A DNA stretch of 64,000 nucleotides, taken from Eledone cirrhosa. Taxonomy: Eukaryota. Of the stretch, positions 27,744 to 41,447 are shown one piece after another. The DNA is taken from NCBI GenBank assembly GCA_964016885.1, contig OZ024740.1, forward strand, positions 49,972,001 to 50,036,000, in the 5' to 3' direction. The notes under the pieces were generated by a model. That model ran no database searches and had not been told where the DNA came from. It saw only the letters and a program-made list of their open reading frames with translations. How positions within the stretch are numbered: the first letter of the stretch is position 1; each line of letters opens with the position of its first letter. The translations under genes were made by a program, and so were the position numbers.

Positions 27744-30185
27744 ATGGAAAAACAATATTTAGGAACCTCCTTAAAAAACATACCAATACCTTCTAAGGAT
27801 GACTTCTTACTCCTTATGATTCAGAAAACTAATAATTTTATCAGAAGGGTTAGATGGAGAGCCTACCACTTCGATAGAAAATCTAAACAAGCAGATCGGA
27901 AATATATGTATGATTTCAATACTTACAAGAATCCACCACACAACTTTTTACTTGAAGACTTCGAGAAAGACCTTTTTAATTTAATTAAACACCTCAAATT
28001 TAAAAAGTATAAATCCGTCTTTCAAAAGGACCTTGATTCTACCCTATTGGACCTAAAAAAGTCTAAAAAAATCCATGTCCACTCGGACAAAACTGGTAAC
28101 TTGTATCATATGGATATTGAACATTATAACGAGTTCATATATAAAGAACTCAGAAAAAATTATAAAAAATCTAATAATGCGTCACTCACCAACATCAACA
28201 ACAAAACACACAACATAGTAAAAAAACTAAACATTGAAGATAGAACTGAACCTTTGGCATTGAAAAGACCACACTTCAACCTGAAGGATCACAAATCTAA
28301 CTTTAACTCAAATCCTTCTATTAGACTTATATGTCCCTCTAAATCAGATATTGGAATAATTAGCAAAAAAATTTTAGATAGAGTCATCCCACAAATAAGA
28401 AAACACGTTATTTTACCACTCTGGGAAAACACCTCCCAGGTAATTAACTGGTTTAAAAATATTAGGTGTAAATCTTCTGCTTCATTCCTACAATTTGATA
28501 TAGATAATTACTATTCTTCTATATCACCTATACTCCTGAACAAAGCATTGATATTTGCTAAAAATAGATCTAACTTAACTTTGGATGACATTAATATTAT
28601 TACACATGCTAGACTAACACTTATTGAATTTCAGAATGAATACTGGACCAGAAACACATATAGTAATCTTTTTGATATTACTATGGGTTCAAGCGATTCC
28701 GCCCAAATTACTGATCTTGTGGGCCTCTTTCTCCTTTTCAACATAAATGCCTCTTTTCCCCACCTCAAAGGTGGTTTATATCGTGATGACTGTCTTCTTC
28801 TTTCTAACAACCTTAGCCTTTCAGAAATTGAAAAAAACAAAAAACATATTAGAACTTTCCTTAAAGACTATTATAATCTTAATATTACTTTTGAAAAAAC
28901 AAGTAAAGTAGTAAATTTCCTAGATATAACTTTAGATTTAGCTACGGGTATCTACCAACCTTACCATAAACCTAACCAAAACTTACATTACATACACTCA
29001 CAATCTAATCACCCTAAATCTATCCTTAAAAACCTTGCATATAATATATCACTTAGAATTTCTAACCTTTCTTCTAACCAAGATGTATTTGATAAAAATG
29101 CGACCTTCTATAACGAAGCTCTAGATAGAAGTGGCCACAAAAATAGATTAGAGTATATACCTTCTACTAAAAATACAGAAAGCATACAACATAATATTAC
29201 CAACAAACACCAAATGAAAAGTACACACCTAAATGCCACCCACACTATACCCCAAAATACCAAATCTTCTAATATAAAGTATAGTAACTCTCAAAAAACT
29301 ACTCATCATACAACTCTAATAAATATTAATAATAAAACTCCTAATAAAAAGGATAAAACACCTAAATCTACAAATATAACTAAAAATGGTTGTGGTGAGA
29401 TCATTAACATTAATCCTCCTAGTAAAAATCACGATACAACCTATAAAAATAATAAAAATAATAAACAACATAGAAACCGTAATAGACGGGTTACTTGGTA
29501 TAATGCTCCTTTTAATTTACAAGTTAAGGATAATATTGCTAAAAAATTTTTTTATATCCTTGAGAAAAACTTCCCGCCAAACCACAAATACCATCAAATC
29601 TTAAATAGGTCTACAGTTAAATTCTCATACTCTACAACAAATAACATAAAACAAAATATAAGTGCCTATAATGCATATAAATGTAAGAAAACCATAAGTA
29701 TACCACCAGTACATCAAATTAACCATAATATCTCCTCAAATACAGAATTAACGAAAGGATGTAACTGTAGAAACAAAGCAAACTGCCCATTAAAAGGGAA
29801 TTGTCTTGTTAACAACATAGTCTATAAATGTAATGTTAAAACTAAAGATTCTATTTGCTCATATATAGGAGCTACCTCTAACAATTTTAAGACAAGGTTT
29901 AATACCCACAAGCATAGTTTTAAAAATGCCGCACTGGCTAATACAACATCTCTAGCAGAAAAAATCAATAGTTATAAAAATAAGAATATAAAATATGATT
30001 TGACCTGGAGTGTGCTCAAAAGAGCCACCCCTTATCAAAATAATAGAAATGAATGTAGATTATGTTCCCAAGAACTATTTGAAATAATGAAGTCTAAGGA
30101 TATATTATTAAATAAACGACAGGAATTAATTATATCGTGTAATCATAAACTAAAAAAAACATTTAAATATTATAAACCTAATTAA
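27744..30185 (+). CDS. PLE polyprotein: reverse transcriptase + C-terminal GIY-YIG endonuclease (frame open from 27723)
   Basis: SDKTGN, LKDHK, IRLICP, QFDIDNYY, ITMGSSDS, GLYRDD, NFLDITL, SNHP, WYNAPF, CNCRxxxxCPLKGNCL, IVY..YIGAT..FKTRFNTH, CRLCSQE. Confidence 0.95.
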   Translation: MEKQYLGTSLKNIPIPSKDDFLLLMIQKTNNFIRRVRWRAYHFDRKSKQADRKYMYDFNTYKNPPHNFLLEDFEKDLFNLIKHLKFKKYKSVFQKDLDSTLLDLKKSKKIHVHSDKTGNLYHMDIEHYNEFIYKELRKNYKKSNNASLTNINNKTHNIVKKLNIEDRTEPLALKRPHFNLKDHKSNFNSNPSIRLICPSKSDIGIISKKILDRVIPQIRKHVILPLWENTSQVINWFKNIRCKSSASFLQFDIDNYYSSISPILLNKALIFAKNRSNLTLDDINIITHARLTLIEFQNEYWTRNTYSNLFDITMGSSDSAQITDLVGLFLLFNINASFPHLKGGLYRDDCLLLSNNLSLSEIEKNKKHIRTFLKDYYNLNITFEKTSKVVNFLDITLDLATGIYQPYHKPNQNLHYIHSQSNHPKSILKNLAYNISLRISNLSSNQDVFDKNATFYNEALDRSGHKNRLEYIPSTKNTESIQHNITNKHQMKSTHLNATHTIPQNTKSSNIKYSNSQKTTHHTTLININNKTPNKKDKTPKSTNITKNGCGEIININPPSKNHDTTYKNNKNNKQHRNRNRRVTWYNAPFNLQVKDNIAKKFFYILEKNFPPNHKYHQILNRSTVKFSYSTTNNIKQNISAYNAYKCKKTISIPPVHQINHNISSNTELTKGCNCRNKANCPLKGNCLVNNIVYKCNVKTKDSICSYIGATSNNFKTRFNTHKHSFKNAALANTTSLAEKINSYKNKNIKYDLTWSVLKRATPYQNNRNECRLCSQELFEIMKSKDILLNKRQELIISCNHKLKKTFKYYKPN

Positions 30186-31531
30186 TAACATTATTTTAGA
30201 AATTAATTTAATTTAAATGTTAGTTAACCTATAAATTTAATTTAATTAAAATTTTATTACAGATGAGAATATAAAATATTATGTAATCATAAATTGTGAA
30301 AAACCTTTAAATATTACTAATATATACTTAGTAATTTAATTTATAGATTAATTTTAATTTATTTAAACCTTTTATTATAATTCTTTTACAGATAAAATAT
30401 AACAAAATAATATCGTGTATCCAATGACAGAGAAATAATTTTTAGTATTATAGACCTAATTAATATACATTTTAGAAATATATTTATAATTTGGTTTTAA
30501 TTTTAATCAACCTAAAAATTTTAATTTAATTTGCTTAAAATTAGTATCCTTATACAGACGAACTGCAGAAAGTCATGTAATCATAGAATGGGATGTGTTT
30601 TGCATATATACCTAGTTAATATATTCTATGAAATTTTTTGAAAAAAATATGTATATGTATATGTGTATGTGTATGTGTGTGTGTATGTATATGTGTATAT
30701 ATGTATATATATATATATATGTGTATATATATGTATATATGTATGTGTATGTATATGTATATGTATATGTATTAATTTTGATTTCTATTTGCATATAATT
30801 ATATTCTGCTATTGATAAAATACAATATCTGTTTTATGTATTATATACCTAATTAACATATACTATAGAAATAAATATATAATTTTTAATTTAGTTAACC
30901 TATATTTTATATTCTACTACCGATGTAATACTTTATTTGTTTTTTCCCTATTACTAAATTCATTTCCTAATATTGATACCATAACGTTATTAACTTTAAT
31001 TTAGTTATACTATAATTAATACTCTACTACTATTTAACTTCAAAATTCGGCTTCAAATATTATAAACCTAACTAATTTACACCTTAGAAATCAATGTGTT
31101 AACTATCTTTGGTTTAGTTAACATATAATTAATGGTATACTTGTTTATTTTGAGATGCATAGATTTTACCTTGGTTCTTGCTTATTTCCTAACACTGAAA
31201 CTATGTAAAAGCATACATTGGATCAAGATACGGAAAATATTCTATGTTTCTTGAAACATATATTTACTATGATCCCCTTCTCCTAACCCCCCCTTTCCCC
31301 CATACTATTATCATCTGTATTTGTAAGCGTGTATGTATGAATATATATGTAGGTAGGTGTCTATATAGGTTTGGGTATTTATATCTGAATATAAAAATAC
31401 ATATATGCGCATGCAAATATGAATGTAAGATTGTGTGTGTATATATGAGTATGTGTATGTATGTATATATGTGTATATATGCATGTATATATGTATGTGT
31501 ATGTGAATGTGTGTATGTGTATGTGTATGTG

Positions 31532-31576
<45 letters not shown>

Positions 31577-31635
31577 ATATAAAAATATATATGTATATAT
31601 ATATATATGTATATGTATGTGTGTGTGTATGTATG

Positions 31636-31832
31636 TGTGTGTATGTGTGTTGTATATATATGTATGTCTCTCTATTTATATGTCTATCTTCGTATCTATG
31701 TGGATATATGTGTGTGTGTGTGCATGTATGCACATATATGTGTTTATGTGTATATGTGTGTATGTGTGTATATATGTGTGTGTGCACACACACATATATA
31801 TGTGAGTGTGTATATGTGTCTGTGTATATGTA

Positions 31833-31880
<48 letters not shown>

Positions 31881-31944
31881 TGTCTATGTGTGAGTATATG
31901 TCTATATTCGTATGTGTGTATATATGTATGTATATGTTTATTTG

Positions 31945-32003
<59 letters not shown>

Positions 32004-32083
32004 TATTATTATAATATAACTTATGTGTATGTGTGTATACGTGAGGTTGTATATGTGTATATAATATGTGTATATATAAGTGT

Positions 32084-32115
<32 letters not shown>

Positions 32116-32133
32116 GTGCATGTCTGTTTTTTA

Positions 32134-32169
<36 letters not shown>

Positions 32170-32271
32170 CGTGTGTATATATATGTATATGTGGGTGTTT
32201 GTATGTGTATTTATGGTGGTATGTGTGTGTGGGTATCTATATATATATATATATATGTGAATGTATGTGTG

Positions 32272-32328
<57 letters not shown>

Positions 32329-32667
32329 CTCTATTAATGCGTGTATATATGTATATACATATGCCTTTTTATTTTTATTTGTATGTCTGAGTTAGGTGAG
32401 GTTGTAGTGGTGTTTCTATGTATATACGCATATATGGATGCGTATGTATTTGTATATATGAGTATAAGTAAGTGCATATGTATGTATGATTATATATCTA
32501 ATTCTATGTATGAATATACATGTATATATATGTGTGTATGTAAGTTGCGTGTGTATGTATGTATATGTCTATGTGTGTATATATATATGTATGTATATCG
32601 ATGTACGTGTATGTATGTACATGTATGTCTATGTATGTGTGTATGTATGTGTGTGTATATATATATG

Positions 32668-32698
<31 letters not shown>

Positions 32699-32954
32699 GT
32701 GTATATATATATATATGTATATATCTTTATTATTTATTTTTTTTATATATATGTGTGTGTGTGTATGTGTTGTGTGTGTGTGTGTGTGTATATATATCTT
32801 TATATATGTGTATGTGTATGTTCGTGTAGGTGTATGTGTGTGTATAACTTTATATGTATGTGTGTATGTGTGTATGCGTATATATTTCTATGTGTGTGTA
32901 CATGTATGTATGTGTGTGTATGTGTATGTATGTGTGTGTATGTGTATATGTATG

Positions 32955-32991
<37 letters not shown>

Positions 32992-33369
32992 GTATATATA
33001 TGTGTGTGTATATGTATATATATATATATATATATATCTATATGTTTTTCTATTTGTATATGTATGTGTGTATAGGTATATACCTTTCTCTTTGTATGTC
33101 TAAGTTGTGTGATAGTGTAGTGGTGTTTGTATGTATATACCGATATATAGATGCGTAAGTATTTGTCTGTATGTATATATGTAAGTCTGTATATATTTGT
33201 GTGTATATATAGCTATGTATGTGTATATCTGTATGTATATTAGTATGTAAGTGTTGTATATGTGCATGTATGTGTGTGGTTTTTTTTATATATATATATG
33301 TGTCTATATAGTATGTGTGATTATATGTATATGTGTGTGTATATGTACGTGTATATGCATATATATGTA

Positions 33370-33412
<43 letters not shown>

Positions 33413-33619
33413 ATTTGTATGTATATGTGTATATGTATGTATGTGTGTATATGTATATGTTTATATATGTGTGTGTATGTATGTTCTTAGTGTGGATGTG
33501 TGTATATGTATGTATGTGTTTGTATATGTGTGTATATATATGTATGTGTGTGTGTGTGTCTATGTATATATATATGTATATTATATATATATGTGTGTGT
33601 ATATATATATATATATATG

Positions 33620-33667
<48 letters not shown>

Positions 33668-34526
33668 CTTGATATATTTCTTTTTTCTTTTTTCTTTTTT
33701 CTTTTTTCTTTTTTCTTTTTTCTTTCTATTCTTTCCTCTTTAATGTTTATTTATTATTTATTTTTTATTTTCTTAGTTTATAGATACATCTATATTAGGC
33801 AGTCTGCTCAGACCGTTGAATACTGACCTCTCCCCCCCCCCCCCTCCCACCTAATTTCTGTATCTTGATCTAAAAATGTGTGTGCCAGTGTTTATGTGAG
33901 TGAATTAATATCCATGTGCTTATGATTTTATATCCACATATATAAATGTGAGTGGGGGTGTGTGTGTGTTTGTATGTTCGTGGTTATGTGTATATTTATG
34001 CATATACGCGCGTGTATGTGTGATTGTACGGATGTGTGTGAGTATGAAAAAATATATTTATATACTTAATTTCATATCTGTGTGTCAATACGCATCTTAT
34101 CTGTGCATTATAAACTTACAGAGACATTAACCTTGAAATTTTGTATTTGCATCCATCCTTTTAGTATGCGTATACAAATTATACATACATTTTTGTAAAA
34201 TATGTGTAAGGGTTTTACATGTATATACACACACCGAACTGCATTTAACCCTTTGTGTTTTCATTGGTCAATTTTGTTCCCAAACGGACCTGAAATTTTG
34301 AATTGTTGTTATTATCAATAAATATACTTCATTATTTCTGAAGACGGCGTATATATGTGTTGGTATGTATATTTAATCTTGATAGTTTGTATAATTTTGT
34401 ATAATTTTGTACATAGATCTGTTGAATATGCATGCCAATTCTAACACATATATATCCTAGAAACGATCGTTAAATAATGAACTTTTTTTGTTTAATATAA
34501 GGAATTGTTTATTCATTATTTGTTTA

Positions 34527-34535
<9 letters not shown>
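31636..34535 (+). repeat. 3' pseudo-LTR
   Basis: Direct repeat of 24578-27454. Confidence 0.92.
34328..34481 (+). ncRNA. Type I hammerhead ribozyme (3' pLTR copy)
   Basis: Same as 27247-27400, offset 7081. Confidence 0.8.
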
Positions 34536-34609
<74 letters not shown>

Positions 34610-34641
34610 AAATATACACATAAAAATATCTATCTATCTAT

Positions 34642-34690
34642 CTAGGGCGGGTAAAATTCCCGCGATCCATGGACAAGTTCTCTCCAGCGT
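34642..34690 (-). mobile_element. Very short 3' end of the RTE family seen at 3764
   Basis: Encodes [15 protein letters not shown], as at the 3764 end. Confidence 0.8.
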
Positions 34691-34879
34691 GGGTTTTGGC
34701 CATGTAAAAAAGGGTATAAAAAGAAGATGGAAATATCAAAAAATTCAAACAACAGAAATTCCCCAATAGGGGGGAAACTTCCGAGAGTCACTCGTGGCGA
34801 AAACCACACAAAAGTCCACGGCCACCCTGACCACCGAGGCAAGCGCCCTATTTCAGTTGTCCACTCCTCAGTCTACAGG

Positions 34880-35411
34880 CGCATACTCAGAGCGGGCCCG
34901 GTCAAGCGCCGGACATGTCCAGATGCTCGGCACCGCTCTCAAGGAATATGAAGCAGTGACAGAAACAAAGTTAAACCAGGAAAAGTCGGTGGGCTTGCAG
35001 CTCGGCACCTGGAGAGGCAAGTCCATGCAACCCGACAGCGTCGTGGGGCGCTGGGCGGAAGGACCGGTTACATTGCTCGGAGTATGGTTCGATCCGGACC
35101 TCCAGATAGAGAAAAAATGGAGTGAGGTGACGAACAGGGTGGCCTTTCTCACCCAGAAATGGGCCGAGAGAAAGCTGTCCCTGAAAGGTCGGTCAGAGGT
35201 GACGAATGCGTTCATCGCATCCGTCATCTGCTACCGCCTAACCATTTTGCCTTGCCCCGGCCCAACTCTGACAAAAATGGAGCGCCTCCTCTCCGCTTTT
35301 TATGGAAGGGACGTGCTCCCATGGTCAGACGATCCATCTGCTGTCAACACCCATTGCGTGGAGGGCTGAGCATGCCGTGGCTGATGATGCGCAAACACGC
35401 GCTGAGGCTGT
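34880..35411 (+). pseudogene. L1/Tx1-clade LINE ORF2 fragment (post-RT region)
   Basis: KLNQEKS, LLGVWF, WAERKLSLKGR, then frameshift to RFLWKG..RGGLSMP. Confidence 0.75.
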
Positions 35412-35517
35412 GACATCACTGGTGCTTCCTTGACAGTGCAAAAATGAGGACACACACACTAACAATTTCACTTTTATATATATGTATAGATATACATATA
35501 TATACAAACACATATAC

Positions 35518-35548
<31 letters not shown>

Positions 35549-35585
35549 TATATATAAATATACACATAAAAATATATCTATCTAT

Positions 35586-35806
35586 CTAGGGCGGGTAAAA
35601 TTCCCGAGATCCATGGACGAGTTCTCTCCAGCGGTCTCTGTCCCTCATTATTGCTGCCATGTACTGCGTCTCCAACAGACCAGTGTCTGTCCTTAAGGCA
35701 TCAACATATGTCAACCTCGGTCTTCCTCTTCCAGTGGATCCATGCAGGGGCTCCCACAGGAGCACTGAGTGCAGTGTCAAGTCTGGATGTCGGTGAGCAT
35801 GTCCAG
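35586..35806 (-). mobile_element. 3' fragment of the same RTE family
   Basis: [33 protein letters not shown], matching 3764-3985. Confidence 0.88.
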
Positions 35807-35809
35807 TTC

Positions 35810-35903
35810 GGGAGTTTTTAACAGGCACTCACAAATAAACGTTTCTCATTGGAGGTGCTATTACCAATGTTCTTACCCGTGCAACGCCGGGATACACTGC
35901 TAG
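35810..35903 (+). mobile_element. Helitron-like 3' terminus
   Basis: CCCGTGCAACGCCGGG hairpin followed 8 nt later by CTAG|T. Confidence 0.6.
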
Positions 35904-35923
35904 TATATATATATATATATATA

Positions 35924-36030
35924 TGTGTGTATATGGTGAACTAACTGTTGAGTTACTACTTCTACCAAACTCGTCACATGGACTGTGTGCTCTACCACTA
36001 CGGATATTACCCTCCAGTGTTCTACCTCTC

Positions 36031-36035
<5 letters not shown>
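35924..36035 (+). mobile_element. Post-ribozyme tail of the PLE-end family at 61655 and 63570
   Basis: TATGGTGAACTAACTGTTG..CTACCACTACGGATATTACCCTCCAGTGTTCT is the reverse complement of ~63570-63665. Confidence 0.75.
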
Positions 36036-36101
<66 letters not shown>

Positions 36102-36105
36102 TTAT

Positions 36106-36260
36106 ATGAAAGAGTCGGGACCCCGACGGCTGAGCTCCTGCCGTTTTAACGGTTAGTTCGGAACCAGCTGTTGAAACGGAACGGCAGGAGGTCAACCGTC
36201 GGGTCCCGACTCCTTCATTTACCACACTATTCTGCCCTAAGTATCGAGTACTCTGGTGAG
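36106..36260 (+). mobile_element. Fold-back mini-element, diverged relative of 10567-10760
   Basis: Imperfect palindrome 36106-36218 containing GACCCCGACGGCTGAGCTC, plus the shared tail. Confidence 0.8.
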
Positions 36261-36667
36261 AAAAGGTTTAACAGGTGTTTACTGCATCCATTCTGATATA
36301 TATATATATATATGTGCCATGCTTCATCAAGGCTGATCTAGATATGAGTAAACAACAATACCAATATCTCCATCATCAACAAGAACATAAGGAACATATA
36401 CATGAATATGAAGGGTCTTATACGCAGTTATTTAGAAATAAAAGCTTAATCTCCCTCAAATCCCTCTATTGTGATAAAACAATACGGGATACGTTGGGTA
36501 ATGTAGTCTTATATGCAATACGTTTGAATAAAAGATGAGATAACTGTGACTAGAATAGCTTTCATCATAAATTTAATAGACCGATGGTGATTTGAAGCTA
36601 AAGAAAAAGCAAACCTGCAGCAACACTAACACTGCAATAGTAATTAGTGATCGTCCTTATTATTAAT

Positions 36668-36790
36668 TTACGATCTGAGTTAAAATCTCGTCGAGGTTGA
36701 CTTTGCCTTTCATCCTTACGGGGTCGATAAAATAAAGTACCAGTAATACACTGGGTAATTGCTGGCCTTGTGCCAAAAGTAGAAACAATT
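36668..36790 (+). mobile_element. Partial copy of the main tRNA-derived SINE
   Basis: CTTTGCCTTTCATCCTTACGGGGTCGATAAAATAAAGTACCAG core. Confidence 0.85.
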
Positions 36791-38641
36791 ATTAATTTAT
36801 AAGATATACACTATCTTTAGAATCCCACAGCATAACCCTTTCTTACTTTTAGAGTCAGAGTTCTGTATTTCATATGAGTCTTTATTGATGATTAAATATA
36901 TTTAAATGAAGAAAGACTAGCGAATTTCAAAAATATATATACGTAGATGTGTTATCTTTACTAATGTATTCCCTACGGCAATGTATGAGTATTCATACAT
37001 TGTTGAAGACATTGTTTGAGCATCATCCAATGAAATTTGTTGCTAGAAATATCTCAAGTTATGCAAGTACGTCAATCTTCTTCCAATTCGCCGTGCATTT
37101 ACAAGTTGTAATTGCAAAAAACTACAGTAGATGGCATCGAAGAAAGTTTGATAAGAAAACATTGATAAACAACATTTATTTAAAAAGACATTTATTAAAA
37201 ACAAAATTCAGACAAAACTAGTCGAAAAATTATGAAAGCAATATTAATAGCGCATCACAACGCAAACCTCAACACAGATGATGTGTACTAGTCACAAACA
37301 AAAGGTTTTTCCTGATTTCTAACAGTCAAAACTCCAAGTTTAGTACTACGAAAACATAATACGTCTACTATAAAATGGCAATAATGTAAGCTAACACCAA
37401 CCACCTCATTCAGAAAATAAGACTGTGGTAGTCTACATATTACATGGTCCTGACTGTGTTAATTGGACAAGGTCACTTCAGAAGCTCTCTACATTCCAGA
37501 ACCACATTATGACTGGCAAGCGGCTCAGCGACCGTATCTGTATCAGTGAGTTGCTCAACATTATCAGACTTAGACCAATTACATCAATTGTCAAGTCAAG
37601 AGTATTCAAACTATACGGCCATATAAAAATATCAACTCGTGGTGTGAGTAGGTTATGCCTGGAAGGACGGATGGCTTGACAATGTCAACTTATGGACTGG
37701 ACTTGATCTTTGCTCTTTGAACTCTGCTGCTGGTGATCAAACTTTGTGGAGAGATATATCACATGCTGATGTGCAGTCTGCAACTGGCGGATTTTAGCGA
37801 TACAAGATAAGTCTACATATTTTGATGGACCTAGGAATAACACTGTTGTTCTTTTCAAAAATGTGAAGTACGCCATAGAAAAAAACGACAATGAAATGTT
37901 ATCAAGGAGACACGAAATACCAAGTGCCTTCTGAGGAGACACGAGGATAAAGTGAAAATGTTCAAATTAAAATAGTATATAGACATTTCTCGCCGACTAG
38001 CCGTTGTGACATTCATTATCTAAAGTCCCTTCTGTGTGGGCGAATTACAAAGATATTGCCACGGCTAATTTTTTTGTACCTGTCACAAAATAATGTTCAT
38101 GGCGGTTTAACGACAAATGTCTGTTTTCGAAATATTTTCCCTTAATATGCTAGTCAGTGATATAGACATTACTTTATCCGGATAAATGCAGACTTTTGCA
38201 TAAAACAGAATGGAAAGTGCTGGAAAATTCCAATACATCTGTCTTCCAACTGTAGCCGATTAGGAAGATATAGGTCAAACGTTTAACATTTAAGTTTCTG
38301 CAATTATTCAACTACCAAATCGTCTGTAAAGCTTTATCAAATGTTCCTCTGAGGCCTTTAAAATGTAACTGGATGAATTCCTTTCTGAAATCTCGGACAA
38401 GCTTTTGGCAAAAGGCTACAATCAAAACATAACATCTTCCACTTATTCGTTTCTCCGTAACTAAAGATACCACGTATCCCGAAAACAAAAACCCAACAAA
38501 ATCATTGTACCTCTGGACATACACTTAGACAACGCAAACGACATAGAACATTCGTTTCTGAATGCAGTAATCCAGTATGGTCTTAGCTGTAATGGTTAAA
38601 GCTAAAGCCAACGAACTGAAGAACGTTTGTGCGTGAGTATT

Positions 38642-38673
<32 letters not shown>

Positions 38674-40884
38674 CATGTGTGTGTTTGTGTGTGTGTGTGT
38701 GTGTGTGTACAGACATTTATATCTATATGTGGGGGTGGGTTATAGTTGCGTGTCAAAAACACGGTTCCGTTTAGAGAGTTGTCTGAATTGCAAATAATCA
38801 AGTAAACACCTACGGAGATAGAAATCTTAAGTAAAAATTTCAAATGAATAACACCAACAAATACATTTTAGAAGTGAATGCAGTCAAGTATTTCTTGAAA
38901 GTAAACATGAAATGATAGAGAACTACTATTAGCAGGGGGTGGCGTCTAACTGTGATTTCAAATTTGAATTAAAACATCTGTTCTTGAAGGTAAAATTGTT
39001 GTCGTTTAATCTATGTCAGCCATGCTTATTCCATCTTTTCAGTGGCATCTAAAACTATATAATTTATTGTGCTTGTCATTTCGTTTAAGATTAACAAAAC
39101 ATCGAAACCTTTCTAGCCGATTGAACGACCAATAATGTTTTATGAGTTTGGTCAGTAACTTTTGGCATAATTTCAAATAAACTACTTGTATTAATTCTAC
39201 TGATCCTCTCTTTACATCACGATTTCTTTATTTATTTCTCTTTACATAACGAGATCAAATTCTGCTTAGGTCAACTTTGCATGTTTTCCTTTACATGTTT
39301 TTATTTCTTGTTTGTGCGTATGTTGCTCAGTTAGTTCTTGGTGGTGTATGTGTGTGGTGCAGCCTACTCGTATCTTTTATCGTGTATTGCCAATAGGAGC
39401 GTGTGTATATTTGTGTGTGTATATGTGTGTGCTACTGTTAGAATGTGTGTGTGTATCTGTTAAAGTGCATGTGTGTGTATTCTTTGGGACGGGTGAGTAT
39501 ATGTATGTTGTTTGTATATATGTTTCTGTGCAAGTGTGTGTGTGTATGACTGCGTTTATATGCGTATGTTTATGGATGTGTATGTGATTGAGTGTGTTTT
39601 TATGTATGTGTGAGTAAATAAAGACTTCTTGCTATATATAAATGTACATGATTATTTTATATTAATGAGTAATAGTGTCGTTGGTTACAGGTTTTCAATC
39701 ATCCAATTTGTAGTTGACAACATTTCTGACAGTAATAGTGACAAAGGAGTATCTGTAACTGTATACCAAGCTTTACGTTCAGTGCCAGTCCCACTGTGTT
39801 TCATTAGTTTAAAACCAGCGATCAAGCACAATATTAAATATTAACATAATTTACATATTCTAGAAATCTATCACATCTTATATATACTGTTACCATAGCC
39901 CATATCTAGATTCTCGCTATCTCATTCCAAATAATTGAAAATAATGTAAGTGCTGACAAACGTATTGTATGTTGAAAAGTGGCTGACTCCAACAGACTGC
40001 TTAGTGTGACCTACATAAACAAGATATACTTGCACAATTTTCAATCTAGTAATCACATCGATAAACGAACTAAAATATATCATAAACTCAACTGCTCTCA
40101 GCCTACAAACGTGTTTAGACTCATCATCGGGTTTGACTAAAATATAAGCATTGTATGAATCCTCTTGTCGATAAGACTAATATCCTGCTAAATATCAGCA
40201 TATACGAGCGAACGAGAGAACAACTATACATTAATAAGGACAGCGAGAAATAGCAACCTGCTTATTCTTAACCCTTTCGTCAGCATATTTCTAATGAAAG
40301 GCTGCTTATAATTTTCAAGATATTTTTTTTTTAAATAACAAAACATGTGGAGACATTTAGGAAAAATACATTTTGGAAAAATAACTGTCATTATCAAATT
40401 GGTGTTTGAAGCATAACTTAAACGTTTTTACATAAATGTATAACATAATGTATATATTTAACTATGAACACTGTTTCCAGACAAGTTGGTAACAAAAGGG
40501 TTAGATAACACATTATCGTCTTAAACTACACAGGATGTGATATTAGAACCTTTTTTGGTAATTTTTGTCTATTTAATCAAGGTCAGCTTGAAGTTAAATA
40601 GCGGCAACAATAGCAACAATACCATAAACAAGGAAGAAAAACCATAGTGTTTTAACAACATACACATTCACTCACATATACACACTCATACATAAATACA
40701 TACGCATATACACACACACGCATACTCATACATAAACACACACAAAAAGAATATACACATACACACAAACGCTACAAAGACTAAACTTCGCACACACGGA
40801 AACACACATACTCTCATACACACACTCGTGTTGACAATACACGAATATACGCATAAACCGAACCACACGCGCGCAAGCATAATG

Positions 40885-41035
40885 ATAATTGGTTCTACTT
40901 TTGGCACAAGGCTAGCAATTACCCCAATGCATTACTGGTGTTTTATTTTATCGACCCCGTAAGGATGAAAGGCAAAGTTAACCTCGGCAGGATTTAACTC
41001 AGACCATAAAGGGCCGTAACGCTATGCTACAAAGC
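40885..41035 (-). mobile_element. Main SINE copy
   Basis: Reverse complement of the core at ~40935-40985. Confidence 0.85.
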
Positions 41036-41199
41036 GTAGCGTTACCCACATACACACACGCCATCACGAACAAAGTATATACCACTCCAACAGACATTAC
41101 CGTACATACGCGCACGCACCCATACACGAACACACATACATAAAGTAAAAAATGTAAAAAGCAGCATTACACTCACCAAATGCAACTTATTTGCATACA

Positions 41200-41447
41200 G
41201 ATAACAGTACCAGTCATAGACCCGGATAAGCCACAACCTACTCGGCATCCGCACGCCGGGCTATTTTCCTGCCCACCTCACCCATACTGATAAACCTATT
41301 TTTTCTCAACCTTGCAGCCCCCTCTTTCTCCTGAGGAAGGACTAACATCCTATACGTTAAAGCATTCCTTTTCCTTGTCCAACAAGTGTGAAACTAATAA
41401 GACTTTGTATTATAGTACCCCTGTGTTTGTCTTGTTTGATCTCTTCA
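41200..41447 (+). mobile_element. PLE-type 3' end with degenerate hammerhead (41331-41362)
   Basis: CTGAGGA-AGGACTAACATCC-TATACGTTAAAG resembles 63401-63436 but GAAAC is mutated. Confidence 0.55.

Larger units (their letters stand above)
24578..34535 (+). mobile_element. Apparently full-length Penelope-like retroelement, pLTR-ORF-pLTR
   Basis: Uninterrupted RT+GIY-YIG ORF between ~2.9-kb direct repeats that carry hammerheads; (TA)n flanks. Confidence 0.93.

Noticed and set aside
24578-34535. LTR retrotransposon
   Set aside because: No gag, protease or integrase and no TG..CA ends; RT+GIY-YIG identifies a PLE with pseudo-LTRs
37925-37965. CTGAGGA..GAAA motif
   Set aside because: No stems II or III; chance match
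37400-38420. Short protein-like pieces (KLYGHI..CLEGR; CR1-like 3' end)
   Set aside because: Probably very old LINE debris, too degraded to delimit; not host exons
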